Positions 36,757-51,792 of a DNA stretch of 64,000 nucleotides are shown piece after piece. A model generated the notes under the pieces. That model did no database searches, had not been told where the DNA came from, and saw only the letters and a program-made list of their open reading frames with translations. The first letter of the stretch is position 1. The number at the start of each line of letters is the position of its first letter. The translations under genes and the position numbers were made by a program. Origin of the DNA: Raillietiella orientalis (lineage: Eukaryota); assembly GCA_036172245.1 (NCBI GenBank), contig JAYWIR010000043.1, positions 868,001-932,000 of the forward strand. The letters run 5' to 3'.

Positions 36757-39013
36757 TTACTACGTGGGTTGCAATGACTGACTTCACAAGCCCAGACTAA
36801 TACCGGCTTGCAAGCCACCAACTCTACGGCAAACAAAACTGGATTCATTAAAGGCACAAATCACACAAACAAACGCTTCATCATGGCAAAAACGGCACAC
36901 GTAATTTCACAAGCAATTCCCTCGTTTGCTGGGCAAGAATGGAAAAAAAATTATGCATGCACCACGCATATATTTTAATGACATTCGCAGTATGGAGCCC
37001 TCTGCGAAACTCCCTCGTTGGGAGATGTTTGGCATGTGATTCGACATTTTATTTGATAAGATTTACTTTACTCGGTAATGTATCCAATTAATGACCGGCC
37101 ACACAATCAGTACATCAAATTCACACTCTGTGCAAACGATTCTGCATAAGCACACGGACCAAACACGGCTTTGTGCTGCATGTTGGAGACGGCAAAACAT
37201 GAAAAATGAAAACGAAAAAGACTGTTACTTGGACAACACGGGCATTACCATGCCAACCAACCGCCCCGAGACAAACGCAATGCTTACAATGTAACAAAAA
37301 ATAAAGCTTTCCCTCTGCGCTTCGCGAAGAGTCGGTTCGACTGAGGGCATCCATGAAAACTCCATAAAACCTAAAACTGGAATTTACGATCGAGGTCTTC
37401 GGTTTGCATCCCGTTATAAAAAAAAACTGCACTTATATTCATGGAAACGCGATTCGAAAATTCCGATGGAATTTACTTTGAAAACGAAAGTTTTACCTCT
37501 TTTCCCTTTTGTGCTGAAGCACTCCTGAGAAGACCCGGTTCCCTATTCAGGTACTGAGCCCCATCCCCCAAGTCAGCAAGTGATAGTAATCATCGTTTGG
37601 ACCGGGAAGATCGAACAACACCCAGAAAATTGTGGTTGTAAACACAAAAGAGGACAGGACCTGAAGTGATCGAGCTGACTTGTGTCGTCTCCATTAATAA
37701 AGTCCTGTGCTGATATCCGTCGGTTATCAAATGCAGCAGCGTATCTGCCAAAGACGAAAGTGGAGTTTGGTACGATCTCTTCAGCGCCTGACGGAAACTG
37801 TGCCACTCCTTCGTTCTCTCCCACTTGACGAAGGAAACCGAAGCATTTCTCTATTCCCATGTATAGTTGAAGCTGAGGCATAATCTTATTTTCGTCCGTC
37901 TTGGGAGCAGCAAACCGAGTAGATGTACTCAGTTATCGAATAACTGTTTTCTTTTTTTTGATCCTCTAAGATTGCATGGATGGAGTCGACTGCTCTACTT
38001 TTAAAATCCTCACCGCCTACCAACTACCAGGACGTATTTTGTAAAAGAGCGAAGGAAACGTTCTTGAAATTTGTTTGCCCTTTCGCAACCGATGGAAGAG
38101 TTGACGTTTATAGAGAGAGCTTTCGGAGCCTCCTCTTCCCGGATTTCTTGTCGGCGCGTCGCACCCATGGCAACCTCCTCCTTCGGGTTTGCGCAGGAGC
38201 AAACACATTTGGAGAAGTTTTCCCCCGCTCCCGTACGAACCACACCCCTTCGTCCCGTCGTCGCTGGGACTCTGGCCCCTTCAGGTTGTCAGCACATGAA
38301 CAGATGACATGCACGAAAAAGCATCTCTTATTGAAAGAAACAAAATATCTGGAACAGCGGTTAACCAATGCCGTAGAGGAGCAGTTATCTTCCTTGTCCT
38401 CTACTGATAAACACTACGGTCCAATTAAAAGAGTTGTACCTATCCGTTTGAAACGATGTTTCAGTTTTATGTGAACATTTTGACGGAGAAGAATTTTTTC
38501 ATTGGCAGATTTTTACCTCGTGAAAAGAAGGCTGCAAATTCAAATTAGGTAAAGAAAAGAGAAATGGGTTTTAGCATTCTGTCGTAGATAGAATCAACTC
38601 GGTGATCCAAATAAGCAAAGCAAATCTGTATTTAAAAATGGTTTAGGGCATATCAGTTTCGCTGAGATTATGATTTAAGGTTCATCACTCGGATTTGCCA
38701 GGGCATTTATAAGTTAAAAGTTTCTAATAAAGTCGAAAAGTTTTTCAATCGTGGTAGAACACTTGGTCCCACCACGCGTGGACGACTTGCCGAAAACAGG
38801 TACTCGGACCGGTGAGGTCCTCACCGTTGGCCAAGGAGGAGGGAAAACCAGAAAACAGAAAATAAAGGAAAAAGGGAGGGAAGGGATCACTGATCGCCTG
38901 GAGTCGTCCTCTGCATCCTGTTCACCATGCTGACAAGTGCCGCTTTGGAAGTATTCTGATGGGGCCATCTTGACGCGGTCTCCAAAAACATCGTCGCCCA
39001 ATGGATGGCGTCC

Positions 39014-39574
39014 CTACCATTTTGCCTTCCCCGTTCGGCGTTCCAACACACCGCGATTCCACGGACACAGCAGAGAACTGCTACGGACGCGGCCGGCGGC
39101 AGATCGGAAGAGGCGTCGAAAAATGTCCCTGGGTGCGTCCTCCTGATTTCCTAGGATCGTCAAGAGACGATTCCAAAGGGGTCGAAGGGTGGGGCGGTCC
39201 AACAATAGGTGAGGGGACGTTTCCCTTTCGCCACACTCTGCACAACGGGCATCCACACTGCCAAATGTCCAATGAGAGAGGCGTGCTCTGCATGGAATCC
39301 CCCAATGCAGCAACAGCAACGCCACCCCTTGCCAACTGAGGGGGAGGGTGCCACTGTCCCAACACGCTGGGGGCCACTTCACCTCCTCCGGAGGGATTCC
39401 GAGCAGCTCGCCCCAGCACAGAAGTCCTTTAGGCGGAACACTCGGGGTCGCAGCTTCCGCTTGCTGCCAAGTTGTCCACGCCTTCAAAAGTTTTTCCCTG
39501 CCTCCGATGAGGCAGGACACTTCCCACCTTGCCGGTTCGTTGCTGCCCCTAGCGTTCCTGAGGGAGGGCAGCAC
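39014..39574 (-). mobile_element. Non-LTR retrotransposon (LINE) ORF2 C-terminal zinc-knuckle fragment
   Basis: LLLLHWGIPCRARLSHW..DARCAECGERETSPHLLLDRPTLRPLW matches the zf-RVT pattern LH..LPT..RL..C..CG..ET..HLL..CP...LW, with the last Cys lost. Confidence 0.7.
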
Positions 39575-42361
39575 TGGGGCAAGGGGGGTGAAGGAAGCCC
39601 ACGGTAGTTTGCGTGGGTTGGCCCCGATCTCCCGCAGGGGCTGTCGAGATAATTCATTAATTCGCTTTCATATATCTCTCGAGTAAAGTCGGGCAGTGCT
39701 GCCAACGGATATTTACATGGGAAATTACAGCTTAATTTATTTATAAATACAATGATGGATATAAATTATGAGCTTTGAAGTAGCTATTATAAAGTTTTAA
39801 TACTAAGTTAATGTTGATTTTTAGAGTATTATTATGATGTAATGTAATTAATAATAGTTTATGTGAAATAATGTTTCAATTAGTAAGATATTAGGTAAGA
39901 TTAAATTGTGAAGTGAGAATATTATAAGGTACGCAAAGAATTTTAAGTCGTTGCTTCAGCAGCATTTCGATTTTTTTGATACAGTACGATTTTTAAGGAG
40001 ATAGACGAGTAGTTTTTTTTCCCAGCAGTATTGCATTCGGAAGAAATGGGTTATTATTTCATATGGAATCACCACGTGGAGATCCGAGATACGTCTGAAT
40101 CTTTTTTGTGCCTCTTGACTAGTACTTGATGCTTAAGCATTTTGTGGGTCTCTTTCTGACGACCCTACTTACTGATGCTTTATTTGGTTTAGCTAATACG
40201 AAATATAATGCGAACTATAAGCGTAGACATTATTCAGTACTGGGTTACATTATTCAGTACTCGGGTACTGGGTCTGTGCTTAAAGTATGCATGGATTTAT
40301 GTTGTGCACTATCCAAAATAAAATACAATAACTTTGCCAAGCTCACTTTACTTGCAATTTTTCTTCAATTAAAGGCTGAAATTGTGAAGAATCGTCCCTT
40401 TTGACAATTTATTGCATTACTATAGAACGAACTGAACTTTGCTTCTCTTTGACACGAGCTGAAATTGCACGGTGGCTACCGTCTTCAAGATTGAAATCGT
40501 CTTCGATGTGACCTTGGGAACAGTGTACAACACAGACAAATGCTGAATTTTGTATGCTTTGCTTTCCACTATCCTCCACCAGTAACCGATTCATCGAGAT
40601 CGGTACTCTTTTGCGTTCTCAATTTATTCTTGGATTCTTGTACCTGCTTCGGAGGTACATTTACTAAAATTGGATCCATTTGCATCTGTTGTTATTATAT
40701 TTTCGAAGACTTATTTGAAATTGGCTTTTCTACTGAAGCTGCTTATGTTGTCTATCAGTTCAAGTTTTCGCATCTTGCAATCCTCTTACTTTGTTTTTCC
40801 TACATATTTATTTTTGCATTCGCTCCTCTTCGTTTCTTAATTTTCCTCTCATTTTAGTAATGGCAGCTTCTCACAGGTTATTACTGCTCGAAACATCCTC
40901 CAACTGCTGGTAACTGCTAGTGGTGCTTTAAACTCCGCAGTAGTTTTGTCATTTATTTACTATCTCTGTCTATTTCTCCTTCTTCACCATCCACTCCAAA
41001 GAGGTTTCTCATCACTTACAGAGACGATTGATATACTTAATATAATTTACTGGAGAGCTTATCAAAAAGTATTGCTTATTTTTGTTCTCTACATATGCAA
41101 GTAAAATGTACGAAATAATTCAGCTTTTTCTTTTGAGTAAGAGCAACTTAATTGAGTTTTCACAACAGCGCACTCTCCTCTCTACTTTTTTGATCCACTT
41201 TGCATTCACGGAGTATAAGGCACAATGACAGGTGAGAAAGTGAAAGTGCCAACAGCAGGCAGGTTGAAGAGGTCAATGCTAACACCTAAACAGTTAAAGA
41301 TGCATTCAGAGAAGGCAGAGTGCAACCTTTTAAGGGTGCAACCCCTAAGGTATACTTAGGCGATTAAAGTAGATAAGTTTTTGGGGAAAAATTCAAGTTT
41401 CCAGCAGATCCTGAGGTGCTAACTAATCGTGCACATGGGAGGGAAAGAAAAGAAGCATGACACAATGCGGTGTTGCAGCTTCCCTCCGGACGGTTCAGCG
41501 CGTTCAACACCACCCGTGAGGTTGAGGCATCGCTGTGCATGGACGGTTGCCTCAAATAACGCGCTAGAAAGCAGAAAACTGAAAGAAAATCGAGTATTCT
41601 TCATACAAAACTTTCCTGCAGCCACTTAGGCACCAGGCCTTTTATTGCATCAAATGAAGGATAACTGAAAAGCGCTGACGTTGAAATATGACCAGAAATG
41701 CTTTCATTCGCATCTTTCAGATGGCATTGAACCACAAAAAGCAGCCTGCATTAGTAGGGGGGATCCAGGCATTGCCAAGAATATGGGTAACCATGGTCTA
41801 ATATCTATTTACTCTGGTAACTATACAAAATTCAATTATTCTGAGCAAAAGGTAGTGACGAACGTGGATATTAATGGCATAATCAAATTTATTGAAAGCA
41901 ATGATAAAACAGAGTACATCAGGCAACTAGCTAGGGGAGGCAGTCACATGCAAGCTGTAGGTAACTCTAGCAAAGTGGGAAATATATCCTACCAGCCTTC
42001 CAGCAATGCCCATTGTCTTCACTAAATCACATGTTGTCAAACTCAGCATAAGTATCACTAGACCTTGATAATAAGTCTTGTCAATAAACTATGTTTTTGT
42101 AAGCTATGATAGACTAAGACGTACTTTTAATAAAAAATACATGTATTTAAAATAAGTACATTCTCTCTTACTATGCTCAGTGACTTGGGCCATGTTAACC
42201 ATACAGAATGGTTTTCATGGGTATAACTCCACCATATCTAAGTTTGGAATATTGAAACATGATAGACAAAAATTTCACTTGGTGTAATTTCAGTTTTCTC
42301 GTGTTCCCATGTAGGGAACTGTTACATTTATAGCAAAGCTGCAGATGTTCCCAATACTTGC

Positions 42362-44870
<2,509 letters not shown>

Positions 44871-46599
44871 TGTATACTAAACAATGGTATTTCCCAGTGA
44901 TTTCAACTACATACTCATGCTATAGATATAGCACATTGCACATCTGAAAACACAATAAAAATAAAACATTGATCCACGTAAAATGCTAACAAGAATTGAC
45001 ATTTATTGACTGCATGTCATTAAAAAAAAATAAAAAAAAATGCTTGCAAGGACCATGCCTAAGGTTTAAACAACATGAAAAATCAAAGGGCGCACAACGA
45101 AAAAAAAAAGTTAAAGGATTCTACGTTCTATTAGTGTTAGAAATTGCATCAGGTTCTCTGCCCATGAAAATTATTTTAAAATCTCAAAAAATGAAATCTA
45201 TGATGAAGCACATAATTGAGGTTCACTTCATGAGATCAGTACTAATTATTTAATCACAAAGCAAATGAACTTGTTTTCCTCGGTTTCAAGACATTTTCGT
45301 GATTCTGAAAAACATGGTCCAACATGCAGTATGCAGCACTCAGATCATGCAAACTGTTTCTACAGGAGTAATTAATCAAGAAGCCATTGATATATGCATT
45401 TAGCAATTAATACACAAGATATCCCATTGGGAGTTTGCTGAAAACCCTTCCTGATTCAGGCCTAAATTCCATGTTTTCAAAGCTGCATGATCCATTTTCT
45501 TTTACTTACTTACCACACTACACCAAAAATTGCTTCATATCTTACAACACCCTTACATGTAGAAATTCATACACATACATAGATTTTCAATACCATACAA
45601 TATAAATAGGAATAAAAGTTCCACATCATGGCTCAAATCTCATTAATTCATGCTTTCATTCACAAACTACCTCCACTGAAAATTACAACCAATCCAAGGT
45701 CAAGGACAGATAAATTGTATTATAATTTCGTATTGATCATAATCCATGGAAATAACAGTACAGTATAGTATATCTGCTGTACACCAACGAATTCCATCAA
45801 TTATTCCAGCTTACTGTATTGGTGCAATCTTAACTTCATATGTGTTACACACTTATTCTAGATACGCGCAGTAATTCAATGCAGCCATAGGCAGGAAATC
45901 TTACAGGCTAATTTACGTGCATGCAGTTAAGTTGGAGCAGCACTTACTGGGTCTGTTAAATATTAATACGGTTTAGGTATATCATCGGTCCTATAACAAT
46001 TACCAAGCAAAGTTCATTTTCGTGGTTTATTCCCTAGAAAACTGATCACTGCACGGATATTCCACTTAAGCAGGTACTCTTGTACACCAACTTGGTACAC
46101 GGCCAGAACTTCATACATGCATGTTTTTCTAGCAAACCAACAGGTTCCATTCCCAGAATTCTGCTTCTACTTGAGTTACCGCATCTCACCAGATCAGAAC
46201 TTCAGAGTTACCTCGGATGTAACGATGATCATAATGGGAAAGTGATATGAAAACATTCATCGGCACTATTGAGCATCGTTTCAGCAAATTTCTCAGATAA
46301 CTCGATAATTGTTAAGTAAAAAAACTTAGTAGAGACAAAAAAATGCTGCATCCAAGTACATGTTATTTGCGGATAAAGGGATAATTCAATATGTACATTA
46401 CCAAACAGTTTAAAAAAGATGCTTCTTGCAATGTATTATATAGATTAGAAACTAATTTAGAATTCCCAGATAAGAGTATATTCTTTAAAAAAACTGGTAA
46501 AAGACTTTAGTATAAAGTTAATTACGAAATTATACTAAAGCAAACAATTTAGCTATCCATTTTTCCTTACATAAATATAAATATATTATATATTTTTGG

Positions 46600-46600
<1 letters not shown>

Positions 46601-46649
<49 letters not shown>
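46601..46649. repeat. (TA)n microsatellite
   Basis: Perfect TA run of ~24 units, upstream of DHX35. Confidence 0.95.
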
Positions 46650-46652
<3 letters not shown>

Positions 46653-48929
46653 ATCTATCCATATCCAGATATCCAGATATTTCCATTGATATATATTGTA
46701 ATTCTTTTATAAAGAACCTTGCGTTTTTTCATCTTTATATGAAATTCCATCAAAGAGTATTTCCTCGATGATCTCTAGGATAAGCTGCATATAAATATCA
46801 TTCTACAATTAGAAACACGATAATCAGTCTAAACTATTCAACTGAATGCAGCTGTAAGCAAAGTAACTGACGAAAATTTCAATAGGTAGTCCATCGTCGA
46901 AATTTGGGTATTGGCTCTTCTAAACCAAGATTCCTGTACATGTTTTCCCTCAGAGTGTAACGCAGTCCTTGTTCGTTATTTGTTTCTGAAGAGCAATTAA
47001 TCCTACTTACAGAGTATCAATGGAAATAGTCGGTGTTTTCTTGTATTTCATCTTTTGTTTTTACGCTTGCTTTTTCAGTAAGTCCACATATTATATACTT
47101 CATTATAACTAGTGTTAAATGATTTCAACAGAGGTTATGATTACAGTTTATAGTTAATTCCTTCATTTGTTATAACTTCTACCTAAATTCGTTTTTTCGC
47201 CTCCCTTCAAGCTTCATTATGTTAATTCTAAATTGTTTGTTCTTTCAGTTCTTTGCTTGCTCGTTTTTACATGAACTTATTTTCGAATGTAAGCACTGTG
47301 GAAAGTTCAAAAAAAGAAACGAATGATTCCGTCTTCTCCGTTGTATTCTTCCTGTTTTCCGATGAGGAATAGTCTTCTGAAGTATTTTACGGGAATACAA
47401 CATTTTGAATTTCCTCGTTTTGTTTTAGCACACAGAAAGGGGAATGGGCGATCTGAGCTGCAATCTCCCAATACAAAAAAAAAAAGCATTTCGTGTTCAC
47501 AAAACATTCATGCTTAACTCATCGTTGTTCTACAATCTAGTCGAGAATCTAGTCGGTCACAACTAATATGGAATTGACTGTGAAAAGAAAAAAGGGAAAG
47601 AGGTCGAGGTTTTCAAAGGCCGAGGTGTTGGCTGAAGGCAGGTAGGTAGGCCTCTAGGGTGATGCCAGACCGATTTGCGGAATGATGGTGCTGCTGGAAA
47701 CAACATGGTCGAGTCCACAATGATCGAAGATGATCTTTAGATTTTGCGAGCAGTCTCCAGGGCGAAACACGGCACTGCCCCTTCTGGGTTCCAAGGCGGA
47801 GAAACGTCCTCCCACTAATGAGTTCACCGAGTGGTATTTGTAATCAGTATGTAACGGCGCTTTATTAAATGGTGCCCGACGCGTGTTCTAATTCATGTCT
47901 CTAGTGAATGAGGTGCATCTTGAGCTTCATCAGAATTCCGTGCATCGAGCCAATACTATTATAGGGCATGAGGTGCCATCTCGAATTCAAATTTTTTTTT
48001 TAGGTGTTTATGTGTGAAAGATCATAAGAAAGGGCATAAGGAATTTTCCACTGATTCCATAAATGAATTGGACCAGTGACGAGGAACATTTCTTTTTGAA
48101 ATTAATTTGTCAGTCGTTCAGACTTTACTTTTGGACTTTGCTTGGTCTTTGGCGGTTTTTTTTCCTCAAAGATGTCATGGGCTTCCGCTACCTGAATGCA
48201 CATGGTTTTTCCGGGGTCACCAACATCGGTATATCCCGAAAGTATTGCTCTGATTAGAATGTTAGAAGAACCTAAAACTGAATTGCCTCTGCTGGGATGG
48301 GAGGGAGATCTTCTGGAAAAAATAAAATAAAATACTCCTCAGCTAGTAGTTCTCTCTGGGTGTTGCTTTGTGTTCATCTATATCCTTGATTTTTTTTTTA
48401 CCATTCATTCCAATCTTTCAGAACATGTGTAGTTTGCAATTCGGTTAAATTGAGGAAACACCAAGGTCTGGTTTCCAATATATGTTGACCTTAATGAAGG
48501 GGCAGATAATCTTCCGTGTGAAAATAGGAAGAAAAAAAAAAGCTGCCGTGGATGGCAAGAGTGACCAGGTCGCGTGATGCCTTGCTTTCAGTTGCCGTTT
48601 CTTAATGCCACTTGAATCGATCAGCATTTTTCATGTCAAACAAGGGATAATAGGTAGAATTTCGAGAGAGCTGGAAGACAAACTTGGGGGGGGACACGGA
48701 GACCTTGGATTTCAGGAAACGATGAAAAACAGGCACGATCTTGTACGTTGGAAACGGTCGAAGACAATGAGTTTCATCCCAAGGTTGACATTAAGGAAAT
48801 CTGAAACCTCTGAATAATCGACGGTGTGCTTCAAAAGTGATTGCAATAATAAAGAATGGAAGTCCAACGAAATACAATGGTCGATTAGAAGAGGGTTTAT
48901 TGCTGGAAAAAATGGAAAGATGGCGGTCT

Positions 48930-50720
48930 AAAAATGGAGTTGGCATTCAAAAACACGCGCGCGCGTATCTGCCACATCCGACTCTCCGAAGATGGATTTT
49001 TCGAATTTCGCTTCACGATGTGGCGAATTTGGGAAGAATTTGGAAAATCATCAGACTTTCTATTTGGGACGATCTTCCCGCGCATGTCCGTCCACGTGCT
49101 GCATTTCGCACGAGCGAATCATCGATGGTCGGAAGGGGGGAAGACTCCTGATGATTCCGTCAAGCGTAGACATGACGTAAACCAGCAGGGACTTGCCATC
49201 CACAGGTGGTCACCCGGATCTGATCTTTCGGACTTTGGTGAGGGTACCGTCACGAGCTGTACGAAACGGAAAGTGTTCCGCGAAGCGTTGCGAAACGCGG
49301 TGTTCGCAATGGCATGGGAGGGAGTCCAGGAAACCGCGCTCGCAGGACTGAGAATCCACGCAGCAATCAAATATGCTCTACGTGCCCTTCGGAAGATTCC
49401 TCAAGGTCATTCTCGGTCCATCGCTCCTTTCCTTATGGCATAGATAGTGGAGCATAAAGGTTATTATCTTCCAGAGTCCCTTGATAGGAGTTGCACGGTG
49501 GAAGGACTATGGTCCCCACCTACAGATGCTGGAGAGCAAGAGATAAATGGAGAGAAGGAAGAAATGCCCTTCACTCCATTCCCAGCCGTCCTTGAATTCT
49601 GGTCACAGCCACTGGCTGAGATTACATTGGAACGGCGAGCGTTAAGGGACGAAAATGCCGTTGGGGAACAGGCACTCGCCTAGGTTTCCTTTCCTTTGCT
49701 TTTATTGAAACTTCCAATCTAAAGTGGTAGGTAGCCGCGGGGCGCGGATTCTGAAAAAGACACGGGGTCAGCACGAACTGACGGACGCTACGGCTCTCGG
49801 CGCAAGCAGGAACTCCGGTGATTTTTTTTTTTTTCCTCTCTGGAAGTGTGCCCGAAGACGAAGGATCCTGCGCCGCGAAGGAAGAAGGAAGGTAGGGAAT
49901 GACGCGCGGCTTGGCACGTGCACGGTGGATGGCAGCGGCTTCCGGGTCGATCGGGCCGCGTACAAATCGCATGCGCATGCGGTGCGTGCTTCGCTGGGGG
50001 GCAGTGCAGGCAGCGCCGCAAACGCGAGTTGCCGGAACCTGGAAATTCCCGCGCCGTTTACTGCCCGCTCGGAAGACGGTGAAGTTTTCCGGACGGTTTC
50101 ATCCCCATCGCCCCAAGAAGGATGAAGAAAATTTGTCCCAGGGGGAAAACTTTCGTTTCCCCCCGTTTTCACCTCCTCACTTTCCCCTCAGATGCACCTG
50201 TCGGTGGGTGTCACCTGCGAAGGCGTGCAACTGCACCTTGACAAGCAGCCCGCGGCAGTACCTCAGCCGAGGGCTCCCAGCTCCTCTGCGAGGGATATGC
50301 AACCAGAGGGTTCTTTGGCCCTCTACCGCACTTGGTAGTCGTGCGATTCTCAGCGCTTCCTGACAACATGGCGACTGCGACCTGCGCCCGAAAACCTTGG
50401 AAGGCCACAGCTTCAGTGGCAGAGGACTACAGCCTCTCCCTAAATTTACGGAAGACCTCCGTCTCATCCCTCTCCGCCCGACGCTTCCTGAAGGGCCGAG
50501 GCGCTTTCAAGAGGAGCGAGTCGGGAGTGATCGCGAGCGCGGCAATCTTGCTGACGTCAACCGGGAGAAGGAGGCTTTTTTGCTGACGGCAGGAAAGACC
50601 TCCAGGGAGGCAGAGGGAATGTCCAGCGCGGAAGTGGAGGTCTTCACGCAGCGCAGCGAAGGGACCGCTTCCAAGGCGGCTGGACGAGAGAGGGTCGCGC
50701 AGCTTCAGAATGAGCCTCTT
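48930..50720. mobile_element. Decayed DIRS-type fragments (plus-strand RT/MT ~48930-49440; minus-strand RT/RNaseH ~50180-50720)
   Basis: Plus strand: NAVFAMAWEGV..LRALRKI..SIAPF (MT-like). Minus strand: ALREDLHFRAGHSLCLPGGLS (~YLRF..G..LPFGLS) and VNLGRGCSPLP..VEGQRTLWLHIP. Confidence 0.36.
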
Positions 50721-51575
50721 CTTTTCCGTCTTTTCCGAGGTCAAGATGGACGGGTGAGGGCTAAAGGAGGAGGAAAAAGGGAGAAGGAGGGTGAGTGCAA
50801 GGGCGCCGCGCCCGTCGATCCCTCTCGAACGGTCCTTGCAGACGCATCGCCTGCTTCGAGGCCCCGAAGAGAAACGAAGGAGAACAGGAAAACGGGAAGG
50901 AAGAGGATGTCGAAAACGAGGAAATCAAAGGACTCGGGACCCGCTCTCGCGGCAGGAGATGGCTAGAAGCGAAGATCCGCGAGGTGAGCAGCCCCAAGGG
51001 GCTCAGCAGACCACCAGAACCTCGGGAGGAGAGGGGGGCACGGGTACTTTAGGTCACCGGAAGACATGGAACACCGCCACCCTCCCTCCCGCTTCCGTTG
51101 CGCGGCGTGAGCGGGAGGGGGGGGGATCCCTTTCCGCGCGCGCTCCCGGTAAGCCCGACTGAAACGAAAGTCGGTAAACCCGAAGCCCATGGAATGCCGC
51201 CCACACCCTCTTCCTTGACCGAAGGGGGAAGGCGAGACCTCTTTCCATCCCACATTCATGCCTCCTTTTCCTGTTATGCTTCTCTGGAGAAGGTCGCCCA
51301 CGCCGACGACCTCCTCCTCCTCCTCCTGACCCAGGGGATCGATGGGTTGGACGCCGTCGGCGCCAGCAAGAACCCACAAGTGAAAGGGTGTCCCCTACGA
51401 TGCGTTACGGGACGAAAATGCGGTTGGGGAACAGGCACTCCCCCAGGTTTCCTTTTCTTTCCGTTTATTGAAACTTCCAATCTAAAGTGGTACGTAGCCG
51501 TGGGGCGAGGATTCTGAAAAAGACACCGGGTCAGCACGAACTGACGGACGCTGCGGCTCTCGGCGCAAGCAGGAA
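49639..51575 (+). repeat. 174-bp direct repeat pair (49639-49812 and 51402-51575)
   Basis: Near-identical equal-length copies, gcgtta..ggacgaaaatg..tttattgaaacttccaatctaaagtggta..ctcggcgcaagcaggaa; each carries AATAAA on the minus strand. Confidence 0.92.
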
Positions 51576-51792
51576 GAGTCCCTCACGATCGCCTCCGTCC
51601 CCTTAACCCCTGCCCGCAAATGGCCTCCCCCTCTTCCTTCCTCCTCCTCGCTTCCTGCCCCCTTAACCCCTGCTGGGCTTCCTCTGCCTCCCGCCGACGA
51701 CGACAGCACCGTCGGGGGTGGGTGTGTGGGGAGGAGGAAGAGGAGAAGAACAAAAAGAGGGCAGCACTCAGGGCACCGCACCAAATGCATCG

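Noticed and set aside
40100..40900. Possible LINE ORF1 (gag-like) remnant on the minus strand
   Set aside because: Multiple stops and only a vague CCHC-like trace; too weak to call.
49639..51575. Intact LTR element / TRIM
   Set aside because: No TG..CA termini, PBS, PPT or target-site duplication seen.
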